From: an uncultured bacterium
GTDB lineage: Bacteria > Krumholzibacteriota > Krumholzibacteriia > LZORAL124-64-63
Length of the DNA: 64,000 bases
Reading direction: 5' to 3'
Assembly: GCA_963732385.1 (NCBI GenBank)
Contig: CAVSZB010000008.1
Span: forward strand, 288,001-352,000
Every line of letters starts with the position of its first letter. Position 1 is the first letter of the stretch. Made by a program: the position numbers and the translations under genes. Positions 22,304-34,800 of this stretch are shown here, in pieces. Under the pieces are notes generated by a model. The model did no database searches, was not told where the DNA came from, and saw only the letters and a list, made by a program, of their open reading frames with translations.

Positions 22304-23392
22304 ATGTCTCGAGACGGAGCTGTGAAACTCAACCGGGTCTGCATTCGGCCGTTCCTCCTGCTGTCGCTCCTGCTGCCGCTGCTTGGCGGTTGCCAGGATT
22401 CCCCTTTAAGCGCCCTGCAGACGGCCAGGCTGGCGCTCGAGACGGCGCAGCGGGCGGGGGGCATCGTCTACCATGAGCCGGCCTACCGCGCCGCCGAGAC
22501 CCTGCAGCGGGCCGGCATCCTGGAGGTCGCCCGCCAGAAGGCGCGTCCGGCCCCCTTCCGTGACTACGCGCTGGGGGAGATGCTGCTGGGGCAGGCGGCC
22601 GCACAGGCCAATCGCGCCGCTCAGCACGCGCGGGATCGCACGCACGCCCTGGAGCGGCTGGCGAGCGGGGACATCGCGGCGCTGGAGTCGCAGCTGTCGG
22701 CCTACCGGCAATCGCTCAACAACTCGCTGATCCTGTTCCATGTCGAGCGCTCCTACTCCGAAGCCAGGATGTCGCTGCATACCGCCCGGCGACTCTTCAC
22801 GAAGGGCGAGTATGCCGCCGCCCGCCATGATGCGGCGCGCGGCCGGGATTTCCTGCGTCAGGTGGCACGGTCGCTGGCCGAATCGGACCTGGCGGAGGCG
22901 CCGTTCCTGGTCATATGGCGACGCTGGATCGACGAGACCGTGGCCGGTTCGCGGGCCTCGGGCGGGCACGCGGTGATCGTGGACAAGGGGAGCCACCGCG
23001 CCTATCTGCTGCGCGCCGGCAGGATCGTCGAGACTTACCGCTGCGATCTGGGCTACAATTCGGCGCGCCAGAAGATGTACGCTGGCGATGGCGCCACTCC
23101 CGAGGGCAAGTATCATGTCTCACACGTGCTCACGCGCAGCCGCTACTTCAAGGCGCTGCGCATCGACTACCCCAATACGGACGATCTGCGGCGCCACGCC
23201 GACGCGCGTCGGCGGAAGCAGGTCCGCGGGTCCGTGGGCGGGCTGATCGAAATCCACGGCGAGGGTGGGCGCAATGAGGACTGGACTATGGGTTGCGTCG
23301 CCCTGAGCAACCACGACATGGAAGACCTGATGCGAAAGGTGGGGATAGGCACCCCTGTGACCATTGTCCGTCGCGCGGGGTCCTGGCCATGA
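22304..23392 (+). CDS. Lipoprotein L,D-transpeptidase family protein (YafK/DpaA-like YkuD domain)
   Basis: Lipobox LGGC; IVDK, GDGATPEG.Y, ALRIDYPN, IEIHG...WTMGCVAL; start uncertain. Confidence 0.88.
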   Translation: MSRDGAVKLNRVCIRPFLLLSLLLPLLGGCQDSPLSALQTARLALETAQRAGGIVYHEPAYRAAETLQRAGILEVARQKARPAPFRDYALGEMLLGQAAAQANRAAQHARDRTHALERLASGDIAALESQLSAYRQSLNNSLILFHVERSYSEARMSLHTARRLFTKGEYAAARHDAARGRDFLRQVARSLAESDLAEAPFLVIWRRWIDETVAGSRASGGHAVIVDKGSHRAYLLRAGRIVETYRCDLGYNSARQKMYAGDGATPEGKYHVSHVLTRSRYFKALRIDYPNTDDLRRHADARRRKQVRGSVGGLIEIHGEGGRNEDWTMGCVALSNHDMEDLMRKVGIGTPVTIVRRAGSWP

Positions 23393-24051
23393 GAACACGC
23401 ACCCGCTGGCTGCTATTCCTGAGCCTGCCGCTGCTGCTGCTGGGGGTGGCGGGGTATCTGGCCTGGCGACTGACTTTTCCGCCGGTCGTGCCGCCGACAC
23501 CCGAAGTCACGGCGCTCGATGCCCTGGAACTGACGCCGCTAGCGAGCGACCCGAAGCAGGCGCGCAGGGAACTGGATCAGGCCCGCAGGGCCCTGGCCAA
23601 GCTGCAGCCGACCGGAGAGTACATCGTCATCGACACGCACGCGAACCTTGCCTCCCTGCGCACCCGCGACAAAGTGATCCTGCAGGGGGTCTGCTCGACC
23701 GGATCGGGCGCGGCGCTGACCGATTCGCTGACCGGACAGAAGTGGATCTTCCGCACGCCCCATGGCGTGTTCAAGATCGGTTCCAAGCTCAAGGATCCGA
23801 TCTGGCGCAAGCCCGACTGGGCTTTCGTCGAGGAGGGGGAGCGGCCGCCCAAGAATGTCAACGAGCGCTACGACGAGAACGTCATGGGCGAGTATGCCAT
23901 GGGCTTTGGCAACGGCTACTTCATCCACGGCACGATTTACGAGCGACTGCTCGGCGTGAGCGTGACTCACGGCTGCGTGCGGCTAGGCACGGAAGATTTG
24001 AGGAAGTTCTATGAGCGGGTCCAGAAGGGCACGTCGGTCTACATCTTCTGA
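23389..24051 (+). CDS. L,D-transpeptidase (ErfK/YbiS-like YkuD domain)
   Basis: N-terminal TM; CSTG, TP.G.F, P.W.KPDW, YFIHGT...THGCVRL; ATGA overlap. Confidence 0.9.
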   Translation: MRTRTRWLLFLSLPLLLLGVAGYLAWRLTFPPVVPPTPEVTALDALELTPLASDPKQARRELDQARRALAKLQPTGEYIVIDTHANLASLRTRDKVILQGVCSTGSGAALTDSLTGQKWIFRTPHGVFKIGSKLKDPIWRKPDWAFVEEGERPPKNVNERYDENVMGEYAMGFGNGYFIHGTIYERLLGVSVTHGCVRLGTEDLRKFYERVQKGTSVYIF

Positions 24052-24856
24052 CCGTTGCCCGGATCGCAGCACCTGGAATCTCCGATCGGCGGGCCTCGCC
24101 CTCCTCGGCGCGGCGCTGGCGTTGTTGCTGACGTGCGCCATGTCGGCGACCCCGCTGCGAGCCGAAACCACCAGACCGGCATCGCGCAAGACCCCGGCCA
24201 AGAGCGCCCCGGCCGCGCCGAAGACCGGCAGGAAAGCCGCCAACAAGGGGCGCGCCGCGTCGACGTCGACCGCGGTGATCCCGGCCAGCGGCCCGGAGCG
24301 CCAGCGGGCCGAGGTGGAATACCAGATGCTGCAGGCGGAGCTGAAACTCGCCAAGAGCGACAAGCCGTACCTGCTGTTCCAGTGGGAGCCGACGCCGCAG
24401 ATGATCGTCAAGCTCAAGGGGGCGGTGGTGGCGGCCTATCCGCTGCGCCTCGATGACGGTCCCGGCGCGGTGCATCGTTTCCGCGAGAAGTTCCGCGGCC
24501 CGCAGCGGCGGGTCGTGCGGGGGCTGGCGCAGAAGTATCTCTATACGGCCCGGGACCAGACCCCCGACTCCGTGCTGACGATCGTGGGCAGCGTGCTCAA
24601 TCTCGATCCCCGGGAGATGCAGCGCGAGGTTCCCGGCTGGTTCGAGCTGAAGTGGCAGGACGATCTCGTGCTCGAAGTGCGGGCCGACGTGGATGGCCAG
24701 CCGATGCCGGGGGTGGATCTCAAGATCGTCAAGCTGCAGCAGAAGCTGCGCCGGCCGTTCGGCGAGATCCGGCTGCGCGTGCATCTCGACCGGCGCGATG
24801 CCCTGACGATCTATCGGTTCGCGGGCCCCGGGCTGCCGGTGCTCAGCCCGCTCTGA
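24011..24856 (+). CDS. Exported hypothetical protein, possibly a catalytically dead YkuD-like fold; start uncertain
   Basis: Hydrophobic leader; YLL...MIVKLKGAVVAAYPL and RVHLDRRDALTIYRFAGPGLPV echo the YkuD termini but lack HG/GC. Confidence 0.6.
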   Translation: MSGSRRARRSTSSDRCPDRSTWNLRSAGLALLGAALALLLTCAMSATPLRAETTRPASRKTPAKSAPAAPKTGRKAANKGRAASTSTAVIPASGPERQRAEVEYQMLQAELKLAKSDKPYLLFQWEPTPQMIVKLKGAVVAAYPLRLDDGPGAVHRFREKFRGPQRRVVRGLAQKYLYTARDQTPDSVLTIVGSVLNLDPREMQREVPGWFELKWQDDLVLEVRADVDGQPMPGVDLKIVKLQQKLRRPFGEIRLRVHLDRRDALTIYRFAGPGLPVLSPL

Positions 24857-24914
24857 CCGGTCGGCCGGCCGTCCGCTGACGACCGGCCCCGGTCCCCCTG
24901 TCCCGCCGTTCGCC

Positions 24915-26105
24915 TCAGCGGCTGCGATCGGCAGCCCGTCGTGCCGCGGTCGTAAAGCGGTCCACCTGCTTCCGGTACTGCTCCCGATCCGGATCCGCCG
25001 CCGCCGCCTCCCGGGCGAGGTCCAGCGCTCCGCGCGGGTCGCCCCGGGCGGCGCGGATCTCCGCGGCGGTGTCGAGCGCGGCGGCCCGCCCGGCGCCATC
25101 GGCCGCCAGCGCGGCGCTGCGGCGGGCGAAGACCTCCGCCTCCTTGAGATTCACCCGGCTCTCGAAGCACCACCAGGCGAACTCGTTGAGGGCGCCGGCG
25201 TCGTCCCGCCAGCCTTCGCCGAGCGAGGCGCGCTTGAGCGCGAGGGCCCGTGCGCGGTCGTGGCCGACATGCAGGGCGTGCTCGATCTCCAACTCGCTGC
25301 GGTCGGCCTGCAGCGCCGGATCGACGATTCCCGCGGTCCGTTCGAGCGCCTCGGACAGGTACGGCTCACGCAGGGACGGCTTGTTCGCGCGGCGGGCGGA
25401 GCTGCTCATCAGATAGCCCGTCGTGAGCAACTGGTCCGGCTGCGCCTGCGGGGAGGCGAAAACCGCGGTGGCCGCCGCGCGCAGCTGGGCGGCGGTGGCG
25501 GTCTGGCGGCGGAAGCCCATGGCGACCGCCTCGAACGACGCAAAGGCATAATCCCCGGCCGGATCGAGGCGTTGCGCCTCGCCGTACCAGGTCACGGCCG
25601 CCGTGGCCTCGCCTTTCCCGGCCGCGATGCGGGCGAGCCGGACCGCATCCGGCGCGGACGGCTGGCTGCGGAAGCGGGCCGCGCGCCGGGTGACGGTGAG
25701 CGGGTCGGCCAGCGCGGCGTCGAGCCCGGCAGCGAACGGCTGCGGCCCCCCATAGCCGACCAGACGGTCGATCTCCTCGCCGGTCGCGTCCACGAGGACA
25801 AACGTGGGATAGCCGCGCACCGCGTGGCGCCTGGCCAGTTCCGGACCGGGGCCCTTCTCGGCATCGACCGGATGCAGGATGACGCGGGTGAGCGCGAGCT
25901 GCAGGAGGGAATCGCTGTCCGCCGCCCGGGCGAACTTCTTGCAGTAGCTTCACCAATCGGTGAAGAAGTCGATCAGGACCGGCTTGCCGTCTGTGGCGGC
26001 GCGGGCGAGGGCGGCGGCCAGGTCGTCCGCGGCGCGCGCGGCGGGGGGCGGGGCCAGCAGACCGGTCGCGCAGACGAGCGCGGCCAGGGCGAAGATCTTG
26101 CGCAT
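24915..26105 (-). CDS. Exported thioredoxin-fold + TPR protein with in-frame TGA at the active site (probable UxxC selenoprotein, 396 aa)
   Basis: GGAGG RBS, signal peptide MRKIFALAAL..AARA, GKPVLIDFFTDW-TGA-SYCKKF, continuing in frame to VDAEKG and the GYPTFVLVD cis-Pro loop, then TPR-like helices. Confidence 0.85.
25917..25935 (-). promoter_or_regulatory. Candidate bacterial SECIS hairpin
   Basis: mRNA GUUCGCC-CGGGC-GGCGGAC, 7-bp stem starting 14 nt after the UGA, G-containing apical loop. Confidence 0.55.
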
Positions 26106-26302
26106 GGATGGCCTCCCGTCAGGGATTCGGCGCGGCCCGGCCCTTCCGGTCCGCGGGCCACATTGTAGCAGGCGTCCGGCCCCGGTGCACCCGGCTTCCC
26201 GTCCGCCCGGTTGCCGGGTTTCCGTCGCCGCCCTTGATTGTGTCCACGGCCGCAATGAACCGGTGCGCCGGGCGCGCCTTGCCGGTAGGATGGGTGTCCA
26301 CC

Positions 26303-29161
<2,859 letters not shown>

Positions 29162-29165
29162 GCTC

Positions 29166-30506
29166 ATGGCCGTCGAGCTGAAAGTGCCCGCCGTTGGCGA
29201 ATCGATCACTGAGGTGCGGATCGCGGCCTGGTTCAAGGCGCCAGGCGAGCGGGTCGAGCGCGACGAGCCGCTCGTCGAACTGGAGTCGGACAAGGCGACC
29301 ATCGAGTTGCCGGCGCCGCAGGCGGGCATCCTCGCCGAAATCCACAAGGGGGCCGGGGCCACTGCGACCATTGGCGAAGTGATCGGCCTGCTCGCCGGGC
29401 CGGACGAGGCGCGCGGGGCGGCCGGCGCTGCCGGCGCTGCCGCATCGGGAGCGCTGCCCCGGCCGCCTACGCGTCCGGGGGGCACTCCCGTCGCGGACGC
29501 GCCGGCAGCGCCGGCCGCCCCGCGCGCCTCGTCCGGCCCGGCGGGGAAGGCCGGACCGTTCGTCATGCCGGCGGCGGCACGGGCGTTGGCGGAGCACGGG
29601 ATGGAAGCCTCCGCTGCAATTGCGACGGGCCCCGGCGGTCGCCTCCTCAAAGAGGATGTCGAGCACGCCGCCTCCTCCCACGCGCCGGAGGGGGGCAGGG
29701 GCGGAGGCGGAGCGTCCGCACCAGGATTGCCCCCGGGCCGCGGAAGCGGCCCGGGGGGCGAGCCTGGTGCGGCAGCGACGCCGCAGCCCCTGCCCCCCGC
29801 CGCTGCGCGGGAGGAGCGCGCCGTGCCGATGTCCCCCCTGAGGCGGCGGGTGGCGGAACGGCTGGTGCAGGCGCAGCAGACGGCCGCCCTGCTGACGACC
29901 TTCAATGAGATCGACATGAACGAGGTGCTGCGGCTGCGCCGCGAACACCAGGACGATTTCCAGGCGAAGCACGGGGTGAAGCTCGGGCTGATGTCATTCT
30001 TCGTGAAGGCGACCGTGGAGGCGCTGCGGGAGGTTCCGCAGCTCAATGCGGAGTTGCGGGGGACCGACCTCGTCTACCGCAGCTACTGCGACATCGGCAT
30101 CGCGGTGGGGGGGGGCAAGGGGCTGGCGGTGCCGATCCTGCGCGACGCGGAGCGGCTCGGGCTCGGCGCGATCGAGCGGGCGATCGCCGACTTCGCGGCG
30201 CGGGCGCAGAAGAACCGACTCGACCTCGAGGAGCTGCAGGGGGGGACATTCACGATCAGCAATGGCGGCGTGTACGGCTCGCTGCTGTCGACGCCGATCG
30301 TCAACCCGCCGCAGAGCGGTATCCTCGGCCTGCACACGATCCAGGAGCGGCCGGTGGCGCGCGACGGGCAGGTGGTCATCCGGCCGATGATGTACGTCGC
30401 CGTCACCTACGACCACCGGGTGGTGGACGGGCGCGAGGCGGTGTCGTTCCTGAAGCTGATCAAGGCGCGCGTCGAACAGCCGGCGCGCCTGCTGCTGGAG
30501 ATCTGA
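29166..30506 (+). CDS. sucB: 2-oxoglutarate dehydrogenase E2 dihydrolipoyl succinyltransferase
   Basis: Lipoyl site ESDKA, E3-binding [25 protein letters not shown]. Confidence 0.96.
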   Translation: MAVELKVPAVGESITEVRIAAWFKAPGERVERDEPLVELESDKATIELPAPQAGILAEIHKGAGATATIGEVIGLLAGPDEARGAAGAAGAAASGALPRPPTRPGGTPVADAPAAPAAPRASSGPAGKAGPFVMPAAARALAEHGMEASAAIATGPGGRLLKEDVEHAASSHAPEGGRGGGGASAPGLPPGRGSGPGGEPGAAATPQPLPPAAAREERAVPMSPLRRRVAERLVQAQQTAALLTTFNEIDMNEVLRLRREHQDDFQAKHGVKLGLMSFFVKATVEALREVPQLNAELRGTDLVYRSYCDIGIAVGGGKGLAVPILRDAERLGLGAIERAIADFAARAQKNRLDLEELQGGTFTISNGGVYGSLLSTPIVNPPQSGILGLHTIQERPVARDGQVVIRPMMYVAVTYDHRVVDGREAVSFLKLIKARVEQPARLLLEI

Positions 30507-30519
30507 CCGGGGAGTGGTG

Positions 30520-31908
30520 ATGGAGCAGAAGCAGCACGATCTCGTCGTCATCGGCGCGGGGCCCGGCGGTTACGTGGCGGCCATCCGGGCCGCGCAGCTC
30601 GGCCTTGACGTGGCCTGCGTGGAGCGGGAGCCGGCCCTCGGTGGCACCTGCCTGCGCGTCGGCTGTATCCCGAGCAAGGTGTTGCTCGATTCGAGCGCGC
30701 GTTTCCACGAGGCGACGCACGAACTGTCGAAGCACGGCATCCGGATCGGCGACGTCACGCTCGACCTCGCAACGATGCTGGCGCGCAAGGACCGCATCGT
30801 CGGCGACCTGACGGCCGGCATCGGGCTCCTCTTCAAGCAGAACAAGGTGACGCGCTATCACGGGACGGCGCGTCTGGCCGGCCCGGGGCGGGTCGTGGTG
30901 GAAGGGCCCGATGCCGTGGAGCTCGCGGCGACGCACGTGCTGCTGGCGCCCGGCAGCCGGCCCGCCTCGCTGCCGGGGGTGGCCCTCGACGGGGACCGCG
31001 TCGGCGACAGCACGGCGGCGCTCGCCTGGTCCGTCGTGCCGGAACAGCTCGTGGTGATCGGCGCCGGCGCCATCGGTCTCGAGCTCGGTTCGGTCTGGCG
31101 GCGGCTCGGCGCCAGGGTCACGGTGGTGGAGTTTCTCGACCGCATCCTGCCCGGCATGGACCTCGAAATCGCGCGCGAGGCGCAGAAGCTGTTCAAGCGG
31201 CAGGGGATGACCTTCAAGCTGGGCGCCCGCGTCGAGGCGGCGCGGGCTGACGGTGACGGCGCCGTGGTCGAGATAGCCGGCGGGCCGCCGCTGCGCGCCG
31301 ACCGCGTGCTCGTGGCGGTGGGGCGCGCCCCGGCGACCGACGGACTCGGCCTGGCCGAGGCCGGCGTGCGCACCGACGCGAAGGGACGCATCGAGGTGGA
31401 CCCGCGGTTCGCCACGAGCGTGCCGGGAGTCTGGGCCATCGGCGACGCCATCGGCGGCCCGATGCTGGCGCACAAGGCGGAGGAGGAGGGGGTGGCCTGC
31501 GTCGAGGGGATCGTCGCCGGCCACGGGCACGTGAACTACGACGCCATCCCCGGCGTCTGCTACACCGAGCCGGAGGTCGCCGCGGTCGGGCTCACCGAGG
31601 AGGAACTGCAGGCCGCCGGGCGGGAGTTCCGCAAGGGGGTCTTCCACTTCCGCGCCAACAGTCGCGCGCGCGCCATGGGGCAGATCGACGGTCGCGTGAA
31701 AATCCTGGCCGACGCCGGCACCGACCGCGTGCTCGGCGTGCACATCATCGGTCCACGCGCCGGTGACCTCATCGCAGAGGCCGTCGCCGCCATCGCCTTC
31801 GGCGCCAGCAGCGAGGACATCGCCCGCGTCTGCCACGCCCACCCCACGCTTGCGGAGGCGATGAAGGAGGCGGCGCTGGCGGTGGACGGGCGGGCGATCC
31901 ACGGCTGA
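30520..31908 (+). CDS. lpdA: Dihydrolipoamide dehydrogenase
   Basis: GAGPGGY, GGTCLRVGCIPSK, GPMLAHKA, HAHPTLAE. Confidence 0.97.
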   Translation: MEQKQHDLVVIGAGPGGYVAAIRAAQLGLDVACVEREPALGGTCLRVGCIPSKVLLDSSARFHEATHELSKHGIRIGDVTLDLATMLARKDRIVGDLTAGIGLLFKQNKVTRYHGTARLAGPGRVVVEGPDAVELAATHVLLAPGSRPASLPGVALDGDRVGDSTAALAWSVVPEQLVVIGAGAIGLELGSVWRRLGARVTVVEFLDRILPGMDLEIAREAQKLFKRQGMTFKLGARVEAARADGDGAVVEIAGGPPLRADRVLVAVGRAPATDGLGLAEAGVRTDAKGRIEVDPRFATSVPGVWAIGDAIGGPMLAHKAEEEGVACVEGIVAGHGHVNYDAIPGVCYTEPEVAAVGLTEEELQAAGREFRKGVFHFRANSRARAMGQIDGRVKILADAGTDRVLGVHIIGPRAGDLIAEAVAAIAFGASSEDIARVCHAHPTLAEAMKEAALAVDGRAIHG

Positions 31909-31931
31909 AACGCGCCGCGGCACGGCGCCGC

Positions 31932-33167
31932 TCAGACGCGCCTGGCGACAGCCTGCCGGTAGAGGTCCAGGTAGGCCTCCACCTGCTGTTCCCGCGTCCA
32001 GCAGGCCGACCGGCGCAGCGCCGCGGCGGCGTGGCGCCGGCGCAGGTGCGGTTCGCGCGCGTAGCGCGCCATCGCCGCGGCGAGCGGCTCGGGCTCCGGT
32101 TCGACGAGCAACCCATCTTCTCCGTCGGTCACCATTTCCGGGATACCGCCACGTGGCGATGCCACGACCGGCAGCCCGCGGCAGTGTGCCTCCAGGATCG
32201 TCAGTGGCGCCACCTCGTGCCAGCGCGCCGGCAGGACCAGGAACGCCGCCTCCGCGAACGCCGCTTCGCGCGCCGCGCCGGTGACACGGCCGAGATAGCG
32301 GCAGCGTTCGCCGTGGGGCGCGCAGAAGGCGGCCACCTCGCCCGCGAGCGGTCCGGCGCCCGCCAGGGCGAATGCGAAGCCGGGGGGTCCGTCGGGACCG
32401 AGCAGTCGCGCCGCCGCCGCCAGCAGTTCGCGCACCCCCTTGTGCACGTGGAGCTGCCCCATGAAGAGGCCGCGTACCGGTGCGTCGGGCCGGTCCGGCG
32501 GTGGGGCGGGGTGAGGCTCCGGGGCGTTGCGCACCACGGCGGAGCGCGCGTTCGCGAAGGCCCCCGAGGCCAGATGCCGTTCCAGCGTGAAACGGGCCGG
32601 CGCCGTCACGATGTCCACCCCCTCCGTCGCGGCCAGTTTGGCGCGGGCGAGCAGCCGGCAGGGGAGCGGCGGGGCGTCGCAGAGTGAACCGCGGCTGCGC
32701 AGCAGGGTTGTGCGTGCGCACAGCAATTGGTAGTCGTGCAGTGTGTGGACGACCGGCACCCCCTCGCGGCGGGCGGCGCGCCAGACCGCGGTCGTCAGGC
32801 CGGCCAGGTTGTGCGTGTGGACGACATCGGGCCGGACCCGGCGCATCGCCTCGCGCGCCAGTCGTTCCCAGCCCGCCGCACGCGCCTGCATGGCGTGGTG
32901 TGCGGCCCGCACCGGCAGCGGCGCGGTCGCGCCGCCGCCGTCGAGCAGGTCGTACAGCCCGACGAACGGCGCTTCGCGCACCGTGCCGTCGATCCCTTCC
33001 ACCGTCCGCTCGGCGAGTTGCCACCGTCCGCCCCGGCGGCCGGTGGTGGCGAGGACATCCACCGCGTGGCCGCGTGACGTGAGCGCGCGGGCCAGATGCA
33101 GCACCACCTCCTCAGCGCCGCCGATCTGCCGCGGGTGGAAGACGCTGTTGACGAGCAGGATCCTCAC
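31932..33167 (-). CDS. GT4 glycosyltransferase
   Basis: GTG start overlapping the upstream stop; MRILLVN..GGAE, PDVVHTHN, HTLHDY.LLC, E..PLTILEA, GGIPE. Confidence 0.9.
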   Translation of the reverse strand: MRILLVNSVFHPRQIGGAEEVVLHLARALTSRGHAVDVLATTGRRGGRWQLAERTVEGIDGTVREAPFVGLYDLLDGGGATAPLPVRAAHHAMQARAAGWERLAREAMRRVRPDVVHTHNLAGLTTAVWRAARREGVPVVHTLHDYQLLCARTTLLRSRGSLCDAPPLPCRLLARAKLAATEGVDIVTAPARFTLERHLASGAFANARSAVVRNAPEPHPAPPPDRPDAPVRGLFMGQLHVHKGVRELLAAAARLLGPDGPPGFAFALAGAGPLAGEVAAFCAPHGERCRYLGRVTGAAREAAFAEAAFLVLPARWHEVAPLTILEAHCRGLPVVASPRGGIPEMVTDGEDGLLVEPEPEPLAAAMARYAREPHLRRRHAAAALRRSACWTREQQVEAYLDLYRQAVARRV

Positions 33168-34360
33168 GCCGGCTCCTTCCGGTTGGATCCGCGCGGTGCG
33201 GTGGTGGCCACCATCCAGGCCGTCAGGACGATGAAGGTCGGGTTGTTGCCGTGTTCTTCGAAGAAGAACAGGCCCAACGTCTGCAACGCCAGGGCGGCGG
33301 TGAGCCAGCGCGCCGAGCCGGGTCCGCCCCAGAGACCGGCGCTGTTGCGCAGCAGTGCCCAGGCGACCCACGCGGCCACCGGCAGCCCGAACACCGCCGC
33401 CAGTTGCAGGAAGGCGTTGTGCATGGACGGGTTGTCGAGCGCGTCGATGAGCGCCTCCGCGCTCGCCTCCACGCCGCGGCCCAGGGGGGTTTCGGAGACC
33501 AGGACGAGTCCGACGAGGTTGCTGGCCAGACGCTCGCCTCTGTTGATGGCGACATTGCCCTGGTCCTCCCACCGCACCTGCCCCCCTGGAGGTCCGAACC
33601 AGAGCAGCAACGGCAGCACCACGGCGCCGAGCGCCGCGCCGATCCGCAGCGCCGCCACCGGGCGCCGGGAAAAAGCGCCGCAGGCCAGCGTCACCAGCGC
33701 CGCGATGATCAACGGCGAGCGCGAGGAGGTGATGTGTCCCCCAGCCAGCAGCAGCAGGATGCCGACGACCGGGGTCCAGAGTCGAGCGCCGGCGGAGAAG
33801 TAGAGGTACAGACTGACCGGCGCGAGCAGGCTTGCCACCGCTGCGCTGGCGTTGGCGTGCCCGTGCATGCCGGGGTAGCGCCAGAACTGATCGAGGTCGG
33901 AGAGGACGGAGTCGCGGGCGGCCAGGCCCAGACGCGCGGTCAGGTCGAGCAGCCCGAAATTCTGCGCCACGAGCACGGCCACGTTGGCCGCCAGTCCCCA
34001 CCAGAGTCCCCAGGCGAGCCGACGCCGCGCAGTGGGCGCGGCGGCGACCTCGGCCAGCGCCAGGCCCCACGGCACGGCCAACAGCCAGCGCGCCCCCAGA
34101 AGCATCGTGGCGGAGCGGCCGCTGGTGGCCGCGAGCACCGTCCAGACCGCCACCGGCGCTGCGAGCACCGCCAGCGCGGCGAGCGGTGCGCCCGGTACGC
34201 CCCGTCCCGCCAGCCTGCGGAACAGCCAGACGGCGAGGACCAGACCCAGCGCGTCGGTCAGGCGGGGCGAGCCGGCCGAGCCCGGCAGCAGGTAGACGTT
34301 CGCCACAAGGGTGAAACCCAGCAGCCAGGGGACCGCGGCCCGCGCTCTGCCGTCGTCCAA
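33164..34360 (-). CDS. O-antigen ligase / Wzy polymerase-like membrane protein; start uncertain
   Basis: Many TM segments; R..G..GHAN, TSSRS, PLG.G, HNAFLQL..FG. Confidence 0.75.
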   Translation of the reverse strand: MDDGRARAAVPWLLGFTLVANVYLLPGSAGSPRLTDALGLVLAVWLFRRLAGRGVPGAPLAALAVLAAPVAVWTVLAATSGRSATMLLGARWLLAVPWGLALAEVAAAPTARRRLAWGLWWGLAANVAVLVAQNFGLLDLTARLGLAARDSVLSDLDQFWRYPGMHGHANASAAVASLLAPVSLYLYFSAGARLWTPVVGILLLLAGGHITSSRSPLIIAALVTLACGAFSRRPVAALRIGAALGAVVLPLLLWFGPPGGQVRWEDQGNVAINRGERLASNLVGLVLVSETPLGRGVEASAEALIDALDNPSMHNAFLQLAAVFGLPVAAWVAWALLRNSAGLWGGPGSARWLTAALALQTLGLFFFEEHGNNPTFIVLTAWMVATTAPRGSNRKEPA

Positions 34361-34441
34361 GGGCGAAAACCTCGCGCCAGGAGGGTAACCGGCATTCCGG
34401 CGCCGTGGCAAAAGGGGGGGACGGCCCGGTCTGTGCGGCGA

Positions 34442-34527
34442 AGTATTGGGGACTCCTCCCGGCCTGTCAAGCCGGGGCAAGATGGCGCGAATTGCGCTTG
34501 CACCCCCCCCGGAGACGATGCTAACAT
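34442..34527. promoter_or_regulatory. Candidate divergent sigma70 promoters
   Basis: Minus strand: TTGACA-17-AATACT (34470 to 34442); plus strand: TTGCAC-18-TAACAT with extended -10 TG (34498-34527). Confidence 0.45.
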
Positions 34528-34800
34528 AACCCGACCGATCCGCCGCTTATGCCTCGGAAGGCGGGTCGGGAAAGGGTTCCGCCTCCGTGTATTCTCCGGC
34601 TTGGATTCAGCCCGCATGCTCCCGCGATTTGTCGTGCACGCCTGCGCAGGCCAACCTGCCCGAGCCCGCTGGTCCTGGACTCCTACAGCCTTCGAGATGC
34701 CTGGTCGGGATCGCGTCCGCCGCGCGTAATTTGCGGCGTCTGTGAAGATCCGAGGTCTGGGGCCGGACTCGCCGGCCGCTTCATCCGCAGGAGTGTCGTC

